Assembly: GCA_034440375.1 (NCBI GenBank)
Contig: JAWXBZ010000194.1
Span: forward strand, 1 to 24,335
Length of the DNA: 24,335 nucleotides
Source of the DNA: Candidatus Eiseniibacteriota bacterium
Lineage (GTDB): Bacteria; Eisenbacteria; RBG-16-71-46; JABDJR01; JAWXBZ01
Reading direction: 5' to 3'
Shown here: positions 8,038-16,671 of the stretch, piece after piece
How the letters are laid out: every line of letters starts with the position of its first letter
Position numbering within the stretch: position 1 is the stretch's first letter
Made by a program: the position numbers and the translations under genes
The notes under the pieces: model-generated
Databases searched by the model: none
What the model was told of the DNA's origin: nothing
What the model saw: only the letters and a program-made list of their open reading frames with translations

Positions 8038-8873
8038 GTCGATTCCCCCTGGGATTCGGTCGGTCGCCTGGCGTACCAGGGGACATCGCTTTGTGAAACC
8101 AGAGTCACGGGACCGAGTGGTCGGCCCAGGAAGCGGTCCCCGTTGATCTCGAAGCGACTCGGCACATCGCTGACGAAGAATTTCATCGTGCCCTGCCCTT
8201 TGCCCGCGGGCAACCCCGCGGCGATCTCCCGCGCTGTTTCGGCGCCGGTGTCGATGAGGTTGACATCCGGGCCGGCCACCTCGGCGAGTATCGAACTCAG
8301 GAGCGGGTAGTGGGTGCAGCCAAGAATCAACGTATCAACGCCCCGGGCCAGGACCGGCTCCAGGTACTCCCTGGCCACCCGTCGCGTGACATCGTGATCA
8401 GTCCACCCTTCCTCGACCAGCGGGACGAACAGCGGACAGGCCTGACTCACCAGTTCGAGGTCGGGCTGCCGTTCACGGAGGCGCCGCTCGTAGCCGCCGG
8501 AACGAATCGTGGCGGCCGTCCCGAGGATGCCGATCCGGCCGTTGCGCGTCGTGGCCAGCGCGGTGGTTACCGCGGCGTCGATGACACCGACCACCGGCCG
8601 GTCGATGGCCTGAATCAGCGACGGGAGGGCGATGGAACTGGCCGTATTGCAGGCCACGACGATCCGGTCGGGATCGAACCCCAGCAGGAACCGGAGGCAC
8701 TCGAGCGACTGCCTGATGATGGTGGCATCCGATTTGGAGCCATACGGAAGCCGGGCGGTGTCGCCGAAGTAGACGATCGAGGTGGCAGGCACCCGCAAAA
8801 GGAGCGCCTTGACCAGCGTCAGCCCCCCGATGCCGGAATCAAAAACCGCGATGAGCCCCCGATCGTTCGCCAC
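8034..8873 (-). CDS. murI: Glutamate racemase
   Basis: Motifs FDSGIGG, GDTARLPYG, ACNTAS and LGCTHYP; both catalytic cysteines are present. Confidence 0.97.
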   Translation of the reverse strand: MANDRGLIAVFDSGIGGLTLVKALLLRVPATSIVYFGDTARLPYGSKSDATIIRQSLECLRFLLGFDPDRIVVACNTASSIALPSLIQAIDRPVVGVIDAAVTTALATTRNGRIGILGTAATIRSGGYERRLRERQPDLELVSQACPLFVPLVEEGWTDHDVTRRVAREYLEPVLARGVDTLILGCTHYPLLSSILAEVAGPDVNLIDTGAETAREIAAGLPAGKGQGTMKFFVSDVPSRFEINGDRFLGRPLGPVTLVSQSDVPWYARRPTESQGEST

Positions 8874-8875
8874 GA

Positions 8876-9436
8876 TTACTGCCAGTCCACAAGGTCCAGC
8901 GGTTGGCTGGTGTCAATGCGGCCACCGAGCGAGGGTTTGGTCCGTCCCTCCACCAGAATCACCAGCGACTTCAGGGAGCGGAAATTGACGCTGAGCGTGC
9001 GGGCAAACGAGCGCAACAGGAGGATTTCCTGCGACAGTCCCGCGCCCGCCATGCCGCTGGACAGTTCGGCCGAAAAGTCGGCGTAGACGACGCCGTCTCG
9101 ATCGATGAAGACGTGGCGGACCCGCGTCCCATCGGGCACGATGCGGGCCAGCCGTCCCTCGGGACCACGGGCCAGCGCCTCGAGCGCCGCGGCCACCAGC
9201 GTCGACGTTTCGGCGCCGACGATCAGGTCGCGTCGTTCCGTGGCGAGATCGGCCCTCTCGGGATCGGCGAAGTACAGGGTGACGGCCTGCATGCCGATGC
9301 CGATTCCCTCATCGACCACCTGGCCGGTACCGGTGCCGCCCCTCTCCCCGCGGAAAAGATTCCTGCCGAGGAATGCGATGATCAGGAACACGAAAACAAT
9401 ACCGGCCGATCTGAGAATACGTCCCGCGCGGGTCAA
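8876..9436 (-). CDS. GerMN domain-containing membrane-anchored protein
   Basis: N-terminal TM helix; motifs VTLYFAD, LEALARGP, VYADFS and VILVEG; sits between the amidase and murI. Confidence 0.85.
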   Translation of the reverse strand: MTRAGRILRSAGIVFVFLIIAFLGRNLFRGERGGTGTGQVVDEGIGIGMQAVTLYFADPERADLATERRDLIVGAETSTLVAAALEALARGPEGRLARIVPDGTRVRHVFIDRDGVVYADFSAELSSGMAGAGLSQEILLLRSFARTLSVNFRSLKSLVILVEGRTKPSLGGRIDTSQPLDLVDWQ

Positions 9437-10959
9437 CGGATCTCTCGCCGATAGTGGTCAATGGCTCGAATGATCGCATTGATGACGGCGTCCTGCTCGC
9501 CCTTCGCCCGGCGTTCGCCGCCGGGCGCCGTCAGCGTGGCCACCTCCAGGTAGACCGCCGGCATGGTGGCGGCGGACAGAACTGGCAACGGCCACTCCTC
9601 GACACCGCGCGACGGGACACTCAGCGCCTGCGAGAGCTCGGTCACGAGGCGGTCCGCCAGTTGGTACGCGCGCGGCACCGCCTCGCGCTGCCCCTCGTTC
9701 CAGGCCGTGAAACCGAGATTGGCAAGTCGCCCCGGAACGCTCGTCCTTGGCCCTGGGCGGTTTCGGCTCACGACGGCGCGTGGGCCGACAACCGATGGCG
9801 ACGGGTGGGCGTCGTAGTGGAGGCTGATGAAGAGCATGGCCCCCACATTGTTGGCCACGGCCGCCCGCTGTTCGTCGCTGAGCGCTCGATCGGCATCGCG
9901 TGTCAGGTGTACCGTGACACCCAGCTCCTCGCTCAGCCGACGTGCCAGGTTCATGGCCAGCTCGAGCATGGCTTCCGATTCCACCACCCCCTTGGCACGA
10001 ACCCCGCGCTCATTGCCGCCACCCGCGGGGTCGAGGCCGATCGTGTCCGTGCCCGTTGCCGGCATGAATCCCCCCTCCATCGTGGGAAGATCCGGGAGCG
10101 GCGATGCGAACGGGGTGACCCGGCCACTCGCCAGATCAATGGAGTCCACCGAGAGGGTCACGGAAAGCCGCCCGGGCCGCTCCAATCGCTGCAGCCGGTA
10201 ACCAACCACGTTGGCTGCCACCGCGAACGTGACCTCCACCCCCTCGGGGATGAGCGTGGTGCGGATATCCCGGTAGAGTCCATTTCCGGAGGGGAGTCGA
10301 AACGAATCCCCGGGGCCCGCGATCCCCATGAAGCGCAGGACAACCCGATCCCGATCAGCGGCGGCCAGCCGCCATTCCCAGGTACCGCGCACTTGAATGT
10401 CGAGGCGCCCCGGTGATGCGGATGACAACGCAATCGCCTCCAGATTGCCGGCGGGTTCCCCGACCTCGAGGAGATGCTCGCCCGCATTCCAGCGAATCGG
10501 CAGATCAAACCAGGGAGAGGCGCCGTCCAGGCCGTTCAGGCCGAAGGGGGCTTGATCCGCGTCGAGGAGGATTTCAACCGGAATCCAGATGGCATCTCCC
10601 AACTGGTGAACAGGCGCCGGCAGGTGCAGCGGCGAGGTCGCGTCAAGGATCGCCACGTCGGAATCGGCGACCAGCGTCATCTGGTGGGCGCCGCTTTTCA
10701 GTATCAGCCGCTTCAAGTCGCTGCGCCAGTAGCGTGGGGCCCCGATGATGGCCGAAAGGTCGCGGGCCGAGAACCAGACCTGGCGGCCCGACTCGAGGAT
10801 GGCCACCTCTTCCGTGGGCCGGCCGTCACCGTAAACAATTCGCGCCCGTCCCGGTGTCGGTACTTCCTCGGCACGCCCGGACGGAACCGGAACGATGGCC
10901 AGCAGCGACATCGCCAAGACCGGCAGGAACCGAAGTATCCGGACGGAGGCCACCCTCAC
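9433..10959 (-). CDS. N-acetylmuramoyl-L-alanine amidase (Amidase_3) family protein with N-terminal accessory domains; first Zn-ligand His missing
   Basis: Signal peptide, then a C-terminal domain with IGLDPAGGG, ESEAML, LTRD, RAAVAN, FISLH and PAVYLEV. GTGA overlap with the smpB stop. Confidence 0.85.
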   Translation of the reverse strand: MRVASVRILRFLPVLAMSLLAIVPVPSGRAEEVPTPGRARIVYGDGRPTEEVAILESGRQVWFSARDLSAIIGAPRYWRSDLKRLILKSGAHQMTLVADSDVAILDATSPLHLPAPVHQLGDAIWIPVEILLDADQAPFGLNGLDGASPWFDLPIRWNAGEHLLEVGEPAGNLEAIALSSASPGRLDIQVRGTWEWRLAAADRDRVVLRFMGIAGPGDSFRLPSGNGLYRDIRTTLIPEGVEVTFAVAANVVGYRLQRLERPGRLSVTLSVDSIDLASGRVTPFASPLPDLPTMEGGFMPATGTDTIGLDPAGGGNERGVRAKGVVESEAMLELAMNLARRLSEELGVTVHLTRDADRALSDEQRAAVANNVGAMLFISLHYDAHPSPSVVGPRAVVSRNRPGPRTSVPGRLANLGFTAWNEGQREAVPRAYQLADRLVTELSQALSVPSRGVEEWPLPVLSAATMPAVYLEVATLTAPGGERRAKGEQDAVINAIIRAIDHYRREIR

Positions 10960-11450
10960 CGCTGACGCTCCTTCAGTGTTCGCTCCACGTCCCGTTTCAT
11001 CTCCCTCTCGGCCATGTCACGCCGCTTGTCGAACACCTTCTTGCCCCGGCCGAGGGCAATCTCGACCTTGGCCCAGCCACCACGAAAATAGACCTGGAGC
11101 GGGATGAGCGTCAGCCCCTTTTCGACGGTCCGGCCGATTAGCTTGCTCAACTCTCGCTTGTGCAGCAGGAGCTTTCGGGGCCGGGTCGGCAGATGGTTCC
11201 AGCGATTCCCCTGCTCATAGGGATTGATATGAAGATTATGCAGGGTCATTTCCGTGCCGTGCAGATCGGCGTAGGCATCGGCCATCGTGGCATGCCCGGC
11301 CCGGAGACTCTTGACCTCGGTGCCGGTCAGGACAAGGCCGGCCTCCCACGTATCGAGGATATGGTAGAGGTGCCGCGCCTTGCGATTTGTGCAGACAATC
11401 TTGATCTCGACCGGCCTGCCCTCGCCGGGAGGCGTTTCCGCCTTGCTCAT
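10956..11450 (-). CDS. smpB: SsrA-binding protein SmpB
   Basis: Motifs NRKARHLY, EAGLVLTGTEVKSLR, RKLLLHKRE and GKKVFDKR. Confidence 0.97.
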   Translation of the reverse strand: MSKAETPPGEGRPVEIKIVCTNRKARHLYHILDTWEAGLVLTGTEVKSLRAGHATMADAYADLHGTEMTLHNLHINPYEQGNRWNHLPTRPRKLLLHKRELSKLIGRTVEKGLTLIPLQVYFRGGWAKVEIALGRGKKVFDKRRDMAEREMKRDVERTLKERQR

Positions 11451-11474
11451 GGTGTGGTTCCCGCCGGCCGTTGA

Positions 11475-12143
11475 TCAGGCGTCCGGTTCGCGGCGGGGGC
11501 CGGAACGGAGTCGGTTCAGGATATCGGGCCCGTGCTCTTTCCAGACATGGATGGCGGTCGGAAGGACGGAGAGAACGATCACGGCCAGGATGATGAGCGT
11601 GAAATACTTGTCCAGCACCTCGGGTGGGATGAGGTGACCCAGCCCCCAGCCGGCCAGCGTGAGACCAACCGCCCAGATGAGCCCTCCCAGGATGTTGAAA
11701 AGCATGAATCGTCGGTAGTTCATCTGCACGGCGCCGGCCACGATCGGTGCAAACGTCCGGATGAACGGCATGAATCGAGCCAGGATGATCGTCTTGCCGC
11801 CGTGCCGGTCGTAAAACGCCTTTGCCGCGAGCAGATTTTTGGGACGGAAGAACAGCGATTTCTCACGCCGGAAGAGGGGCGGACCGGCCTTCCGTCCGAA
11901 CCAGTAGCCGACGTTGTCACCCAGGACAGCCGCCACGAAAAGGACCGGCAGGAGAATTCGGATGTCGAGCAACCCCTTGTAGGCAAAGAGCCCAGCGGTC
12001 AACAGAAGGCTGTCACCGGGGAGAAAGAAACCGAAGAAGAGGCCGGATTCGGCGAAGACAACCGCAAACAGTCCCAGATAGACCAGGGGGCCCAGTGCTG
12101 TCATGAACCATTCGATGAGATGTTTGGGATCGAGGAGATGCAT
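11475..12143 (-). CDS. DedA family (VTT domain) membrane protein
   Basis: Motifs FAESGLFFGFFLPGDSLL, GDNVGYWFG and ARFMPFIRTFAP. Start placed at ATG 12143; the longer ORF-track start would run through the tRNA promoter. Confidence 0.92.
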   Translation of the reverse strand: MHLLDPKHLIEWFMTALGPLVYLGLFAVVFAESGLFFGFFLPGDSLLLTAGLFAYKGLLDIRILLPVLFVAAVLGDNVGYWFGRKAGPPLFRREKSLFFRPKNLLAAKAFYDRHGGKTIILARFMPFIRTFAPIVAGAVQMNYRRFMLFNILGGLIWAVGLTLAGWGLGHLIPPEVLDKYFTLIILAVIVLSVLPTAIHVWKEHGPDILNRLRSGPRREPDA

Positions 12144-12149
12144 CCCGGC

Positions 12150-12155
12150 AGTATA
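12150..12155 (-). promoter_or_regulatory. -10 element 6 nt upstream of the dedA ATG (leaderless-type)
   Basis: Minus strand reads TATACT-GCCGGG-ATG, with no SD. Confidence 0.5.
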
Positions 12156-12222
12156 TCGCAAGTGAGGTGACCACCCGAAACCTGTTGGCGCCGTGGGGCT
12201 TGTCGGAGGCAGCCTGCAATGA

Positions 12223-12251
12223 TTGACTTTCCGCCGGGCGCTGGCTATCGT
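12223..12251 (+). promoter_or_regulatory. sigma70 promoter of tRNA-Leu
   Basis: TTGACT (12223-12228), 17 bp, TATCGT (12246-12251), followed by a GC-rich discriminator. Confidence 0.75.
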
Positions 12252-12269
12252 GGCGCGTCCCAATCGGGC

Positions 12270-12356
12270 GCGGAAGTGGCGGAATTGGTAGACGCGCTAG
12301 GTTCAGGGCCTAGTGTCGGCAACGATGTGGGGGTTCGAGTCCCCCCTTCCGCACCA
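12270..12356 (+). tRNA. tRNA-Leu (anticodon CAG)
   Basis: Acceptor stem GCGGAAG/CTTCCGC + ACCA; D-loop AATTGGTAGA; anticodon arm CTAGG-TTCAGGG-CCTAG; long variable arm; T-arm GGGGG-TTCGAGT-CCCCC. Confidence 0.98.
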
Positions 12357-12378
12357 CACCAAAATTCCTGAGAAGTTG

Positions 12379-12419
12379 ACGGGCCTGGCGCCGATGAGGC
12401 GCCAGGCCCGTTCTTCTTG
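12379..12419 (+). terminator. Rho-independent terminator after tRNA-Leu, probably also serving the convergent LTD gene
   Basis: 14-bp stem ACGGGCCTGGCGCC / GGCGCCAGGCCCGT with a GATGA loop, followed by TCTTCTT. Confidence 0.85.
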
Positions 12420-12462
12420 TCCGACCGATTACGAGGCGTCAAACCGGACCGGTGTACGGGAG

Positions 12463-13104
12463 CTACTCGCGGGAACTAACCAGTTGCTTGACCCGGCTCC
12501 AGGTCATCGGTTCAACCGGTGTGGCGCAGATGAGGAAGCCGCCCGGTGTTGGATAGCAACCGCTCCCGCGCGGCTCGGCCGCTCCCGCCCAGGGGTTGTG
12601 TCCATCCAGGAGAATCCAGTTCGGACCGCCGTCGGGGCCCCGACCGCTCGAACGGTCGTCGTCGGCTTCATGATCCGCGTAGGCGTAACAGTCGATCAGG
12701 CTGACCGTGCTGCCGATCACGCGAAACAGGACGATCTCGCTCCCGGAGTTGCCCAGCCGGAGTCCGAACGCCGGGTAACCATTGGCCGTCTCCCATTCGT
12801 AGGACTGCCGACCGTAGACGACGCGCACCGCGCCGGGTGCCAGTACACCTGTGAACTCGTAGCGCCAGACGGAATCGGGCCCGGCCAATCGATAGCCGGT
12901 CAGGTCGAGCGCCGCGAGGCCGGTGTTGATGACCTCCACCCACTCGTCGTCGCGGCTGGAGACGGCGGCATCACCGTTCCAGTCACGGGCCGGATCGGCC
13001 AGGACCTCGTTGAGCAGGAGTTGCGCCGACGCGGTCGGAACCGCCAGCGGCAGCGCGGCCGCCAGCGCAAGGCCGGCGGCAATAGGGATGAATCGAGCGA
13101 ACAT
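12463..13104 (-). CDS. Secreted lamin tail domain (LTD) protein with C-terminal TWSRVK motif
   Basis: SD GGAAGGGAG; signal peptide ending ASA-Q; LTD motifs LLLNEVLADP, DEWVEVIN, LDLTGYRL, LGNSG and SSGRGPDG; tail TPVEPMTWSRVKQL. Confidence 0.85.
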   Translation of the reverse strand: MFARFIPIAAGLALAAALPLAVPTASAQLLLNEVLADPARDWNGDAAVSSRDDEWVEVINTGLAALDLTGYRLAGPDSVWRYEFTGVLAPGAVRVVYGRQSYEWETANGYPAFGLRLGNSGSEIVLFRVIGSTVSLIDCYAYADHEADDDRSSGRGPDGGPNWILLDGHNPWAGAAEPRGSGCYPTPGGFLICATPVEPMTWSRVKQLVSSRE

Positions 13105-13242
13105 GGTCGCTCCCTTCCGGACGGGAGGTGTTGGATCCGGACGGGACCAGGACCGACATCATCCCTCGAAGAGCCACCGACTCCGCAAGGGGGTAAATTG
13201 GGGTCGGCGCCAACAAATCCGGTGGATTCCCGTGGGCCGAAT

Positions 13243-14238
13243 TCAGCGGGTGATGCGGGTTCCGGCGCGCCCGTCGAGCGCCTCGGCCAGATCGTCCGGC
13301 GCGCAGAGAATCGCCTCGCGTCCCCCGGAATCGAGAAACTCGCAGACAGCCTCGATCTTGGGGGCCATGGAACCGGGGCCAAATTGCCCCTCGGCCAGGT
13401 AGAGACGCGCCTCGGCCAGCGTCATCGCATCAAGGGGGCGCTCGTCGTTGGTACCGAAGGCCAGCCGGACCCGGTCGATGGCGGTCACGATGACCAGGCT
13501 TGGAATGCGCAGGTCGCGGGCCAGCACCGCCGACGAGCGGTCCTTGTCGATAACCGCCTCCACCCCTTCGAGCGTGCCGTCGTCCCGGCGAACGACCGGC
13601 ACGCCACCGCCGCCAAGCGCGATGACGATGAAGCCGGCATCACGCAAAGTCCGGATGGCCTGCTCCTCGACGATCTCAACTGGTAACGGCGATGGAACGA
13701 CCCGCCGCCAGCCGCGGCCAGCGTCCTCGCGCATCTCCCACCCACGGATCGATCGAAGATGTCCGGCTTCCTCGACCTCGACGAACGGCCCGATCGGTTT
13801 GTCCGGCGCGTCGAAAGCCGGATCACGTCCGTCGACACGCACCTGATTGATCAGGGTGACAACCGGTCGATGCCGGCCGGCCAGGAAAAGCTCGTTCTCG
13901 AGCGTCTGCTGGATCATGTAGCCGAGCCCGCCCTGGCTGTCGGCCACACACACATCCAGCGGCATCGGCGCGATCTGTTCGGCGGCCTCCAGATTTCGAA
14001 TGAGGATATTGCCGACCACCGTCCCGTTCCCGTGCGTGATGACGAGGCGGACGCCCGGCAGGGCCAGCCGGGCCACAACCCGCATCGTGCGACGGGTGAT
14101 GGCAATCTGTTCGTCGATGGTGCCGGTTCCGTGCGCGGGCAGGAGCGCGTTGCCGCCGAGCGCGATCAGCAGATCCTGCCGGCCTGAGGGAACGGGAAGC
14201 CCGGTGTCGATCGGGGCTACCCCTGGAGCTTCCGACAC
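13243..14238 (-). CDS. arcC: Carbamate kinase
   Basis: Motifs ALGGNAL, THGNG.VG, PDKPIG, RRVVPSP, GVEAVIDKD and GSMAPK. Start overlaps the aminotransferase stop. Confidence 0.92.
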   Translation of the reverse strand: MSEAPGVAPIDTGLPVPSGRQDLLIALGGNALLPAHGTGTIDEQIAITRRTMRVVARLALPGVRLVITHGNGTVVGNILIRNLEAAEQIAPMPLDVCVADSQGGLGYMIQQTLENELFLAGRHRPVVTLINQVRVDGRDPAFDAPDKPIGPFVEVEEAGHLRSIRGWEMREDAGRGWRRVVPSPLPVEIVEEQAIRTLRDAGFIVIALGGGGVPVVRRDDGTLEGVEAVIDKDRSSAVLARDLRIPSLVIVTAIDRVRLAFGTNDERPLDAMTLAEARLYLAEGQFGPGSMAPKIEAVCEFLDSGGREAILCAPDDLAEALDGRAGTRITR

Positions 14239-15410
14239 AGGACGTCGAGCCGCTGCAGCGCTTTTTCGATGTTCTCGATCGAGTTGGCGTAGGACAGTCG
14301 CAGGTAGCCCTGTCCGTGCTGACCGAAGGCCGTGCCCGAGAGAACGGCAACGCCGGCCTCATCAAGGCAGCGCGCGGCCATCTCCTCGCTCTTCATGCCG
14401 ATCTTCGTGATGTTCGGGAAGACATAGAAGGCGCCGTGCGGCATGACGCACGAGACGCCCGGAATGGCGTTCAGGCCAGCCACGATCCGATCGCGGCGAC
14501 GGTGGAACTCGGCCTTCATGGCATCGACCTCGTGCCGCGGACCAGTCAACGCGGCAACTCCGGCCCGTTGCACGAAAGAAGTGACGCACGAGTTGCAGTT
14601 GGTGGCCAGGCGGGCCACGTGGGCGGCCAGATCCTTCGGCATCACGCCATAGCCAAGGCGCCAGCCGGTCATGGCATAGGTCTTGGAAAAGCCGTCCAGC
14701 AGGATTGACTGTTCGGGCATCCCCGGCTGGCCGTACAACGACGTGTGCTCACCGTCGTAGACCAGCTCGGAGTAGATCTCGTCCGAGAGCACCCAGATGG
14801 ACCGCCCCTTTACCAGTTCCACGATGCCGGCAATGTCGTCCTTCGTGAGCACGCCGCCGGTCGGGTTCTGCGGCGAATTGACGATGATCATCCTCGTTCG
14901 TTCATTGATCCGCTCTTTCAGATCCTTCAGGTCGAAGCGAAAATCCTTCGATTCCTGCATCGGCAACGCCACCGGCTTCGCGCCCAGGTACTTGATGACC
15001 GATTCGTAGATCGGAAAGCCCGGGTTCGGATAGATGACCTCATCGCCGGGATTCAAGGTGGCCATCATCCCGTAGAACATGATCGGCTTGGCCCCGGGCA
15101 CGACGACCACCTGGGCCGCTTCAGTCGGCACGCCCCGCGTTCTGACCACCTGGGCCGCAATGGCCTCGCGCAGTTCCGGAAGGCCGGCCGATGGCCCGTA
15201 GTGCGTATAACCCTGGTCGAGCGCCCGATGCGCCTCTTCGATGATGTGCTTCGGCGTATCGAAATCAGGCTCGCCGATCTCGAGATGGACGATGTCCTTC
15301 CCCTCTGCCTCAAGTGCCCGGGCGCGGGCCAGCACCTCGAACGCCGTCTCGGTGCCCAGGCGGCTCATGGCCTCGGCAATCGGCATGGATGTCGAAAGGG
15401 TCGGATTCAT
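14217..15410 (-). CDS. PLP-dependent aminotransferase class I/II (aspartate aminotransferase-like)
   Basis: Motifs GEPDF, NSPQNPTG, SDEIY, GFSKTYAMTGWRLG (PLP lysine) and YLRLSY. GGAG lies 6 nt before ATG 15410 (alternative ATG 15422). Confidence 0.93.
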   Translation of the reverse strand: MNPTLSTSMPIAEAMSRLGTETAFEVLARARALEAEGKDIVHLEIGEPDFDTPKHIIEEAHRALDQGYTHYGPSAGLPELREAIAAQVVRTRGVPTEAAQVVVVPGAKPIMFYGMMATLNPGDEVIYPNPGFPIYESVIKYLGAKPVALPMQESKDFRFDLKDLKERINERTRMIIVNSPQNPTGGVLTKDDIAGIVELVKGRSIWVLSDEIYSELVYDGEHTSLYGQPGMPEQSILLDGFSKTYAMTGWRLGYGVMPKDLAAHVARLATNCNSCVTSFVQRAGVAALTGPRHEVDAMKAEFHRRRDRIVAGLNAIPGVSCVMPHGAFYVFPNITKIGMKSEEMAARCLDEAGVAVLSGTAFGQHGQGYLRLSYANSIENIEKALQRLDVLCRKLQG

Positions 15411-15459
15411 GGGGGACTCCATGGGGTAATGACCAGTCGTCGGCCGATGATGGCAACAG

Positions 15460-15586
15460 CACGGGCCGGTTCCTATCCCCGTTGGCGTGGTCGCATCCCG
15501 GCGACAGCGCGTCGGATCGTTTCTGATCCGTGGTCGGGATGGCCGGCCCGTGTCGTCATGGTGCGCCTTTTTGGATCACGATGCAA
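15460..15586 (-). promoter_or_regulatory. Putative promoter plus multibranch structured 5' leader of the aminotransferase-arcC unit
   Basis: TTGCAT (15586-15581), 17 bp, CACCAT (15563-15558). A 10-bp closing stem (15543-15552 / 15460-15469) encloses two hairpins. Confidence 0.45.
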
Positions 15587-15663
15587 GAAGTGCGGTGATA
15601 CAATGGACGGTGGCCCAACTCGCACCGGTGCCAGTTCATCCTGAGGCGAGAGCTCGTGCCCGC

Positions 15664-16647
15664 CTACTTGCGCCCCTTCCGCAACGCCCCCTCCAGCGCA
15701 TCAGCCACATTCTGCGGCGTCAGCCCGGCCATGATCAGCAGGTCTTCCGGCGGGCCGCTTTCGAGGTAGCGGTCGTTGATGGCCACGATTTTCATCGGGA
15801 CGCGGTGGTCGCTTTCGATCAGGACTTCGGCCACGGCGGAGCCGAGGCCGCCGTAGCGGCTGTGTTCCTCGGCGGTGACGATGGCGCCGGTGTCGCGGGC
15901 GGCGGCCAGGACCGCTTCGTGGTCCAGCGGTTTGATCGTGTGCATGTTGAGGACACGGGGACGGATGCCGCGGCCCCGGAGGATCTCGGCGGCTTCGAGC
16001 GCCTGGGCCACCATGAGGCCGCACGCGATGATCGTGCCGTCGGGGCCGTCTTCCATGAGGATGGCCTTGCCGGGTTCGAACGGCGTGTCCTTCGTGGTGA
16101 TCACCGGTACCTTTTCGCGGCCCATGCGGAAGAAGACGGGCCCCTCGTGTCGGGCCGACCACTTGGTCGTCTTGTAGGTCTCGTGATAATCGCAGGGGAC
16201 GATGACCGTGAAGTTGACGATCGGGCGGATGACGCCGACGTCTTCCATTGACTGGTGCGTCGGGCCGTCCTTTCCCACCGAGATGCCGCCGTGGGCCGCG
16301 CCGATCTTGACGTTGGCCGCGGAGTAGGCGACACCGTTCCGCACCTGGTCCCAGGCACGGCCGGAGAGAAAGATCGAGTAGCTCGACAGGAAGGGGATGA
16401 AACCCATGTGCGAGAGGCCGACCGCCGTGCCGACCATGTCCTGCTCGGAGATCCCCATCTCGAAAAATCGGTGGGGATACTTCTCGCCGAAGAATCGTGT
16501 CAACGTCGACTGCGCGAGGTCCGCATCGAGTACGACAACCCGCGGGTCCTCCTCACCCAGCTCGACCAGCGCATCGGCGTAGGCCTGGCGGGTCAGCTGC
16601 AGCTCCCACTTCTTCCCCATCACCTTCGTCGCGTCAACGACGCCCAT
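15664..16647 (-). CDS. Transketolase, C-terminal (pyrimidine-binding + C-terminal) subunit
   Basis: Motifs VVLDADLAQST, FEMGISEQDM, GKDGPTHQ, TIKPLD and TAEEHS.YGGLG. Confidence 0.93.
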   Translation of the reverse strand: MGVVDATKVMGKKWELQLTRQAYADALVELGEEDPRVVVLDADLAQSTLTRFFGEKYPHRFFEMGISEQDMVGTAVGLSHMGFIPFLSSYSIFLSGRAWDQVRNGVAYSAANVKIGAAHGGISVGKDGPTHQSMEDVGVIRPIVNFTVIVPCDYHETYKTTKWSARHEGPVFFRMGREKVPVITTKDTPFEPGKAILMEDGPDGTIIACGLMVAQALEAAEILRGRGIRPRVLNMHTIKPLDHEAVLAAARDTGAIVTAEEHSRYGGLGSAVAEVLIESDHRVPMKIVAINDRYLESGPPEDLLIMAGLTPQNVADALEGALRKGRK

Positions 16648-16671
16648 GTCTGCTCCCGGACCGGATGGTTG

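Noticed and set aside
12270-12470. tRNA-Leu as the integration site of a genomic island
   Set aside because: No integrase, no duplicated tRNA 3' end found in the window, and no obvious compositional shift.
2112-13139. ATCCAACA-like words in several intergenic regions (about 2114, 4519, 13130)
   Set aside because: Short, with inconsistent orientation and distance to start codons.
12313-13686. 457-aa plus-strand ORF
   Set aside because: It starts inside the tRNA and is antisense to the LTD and arcC genes; a typical high-GC shadow frame.
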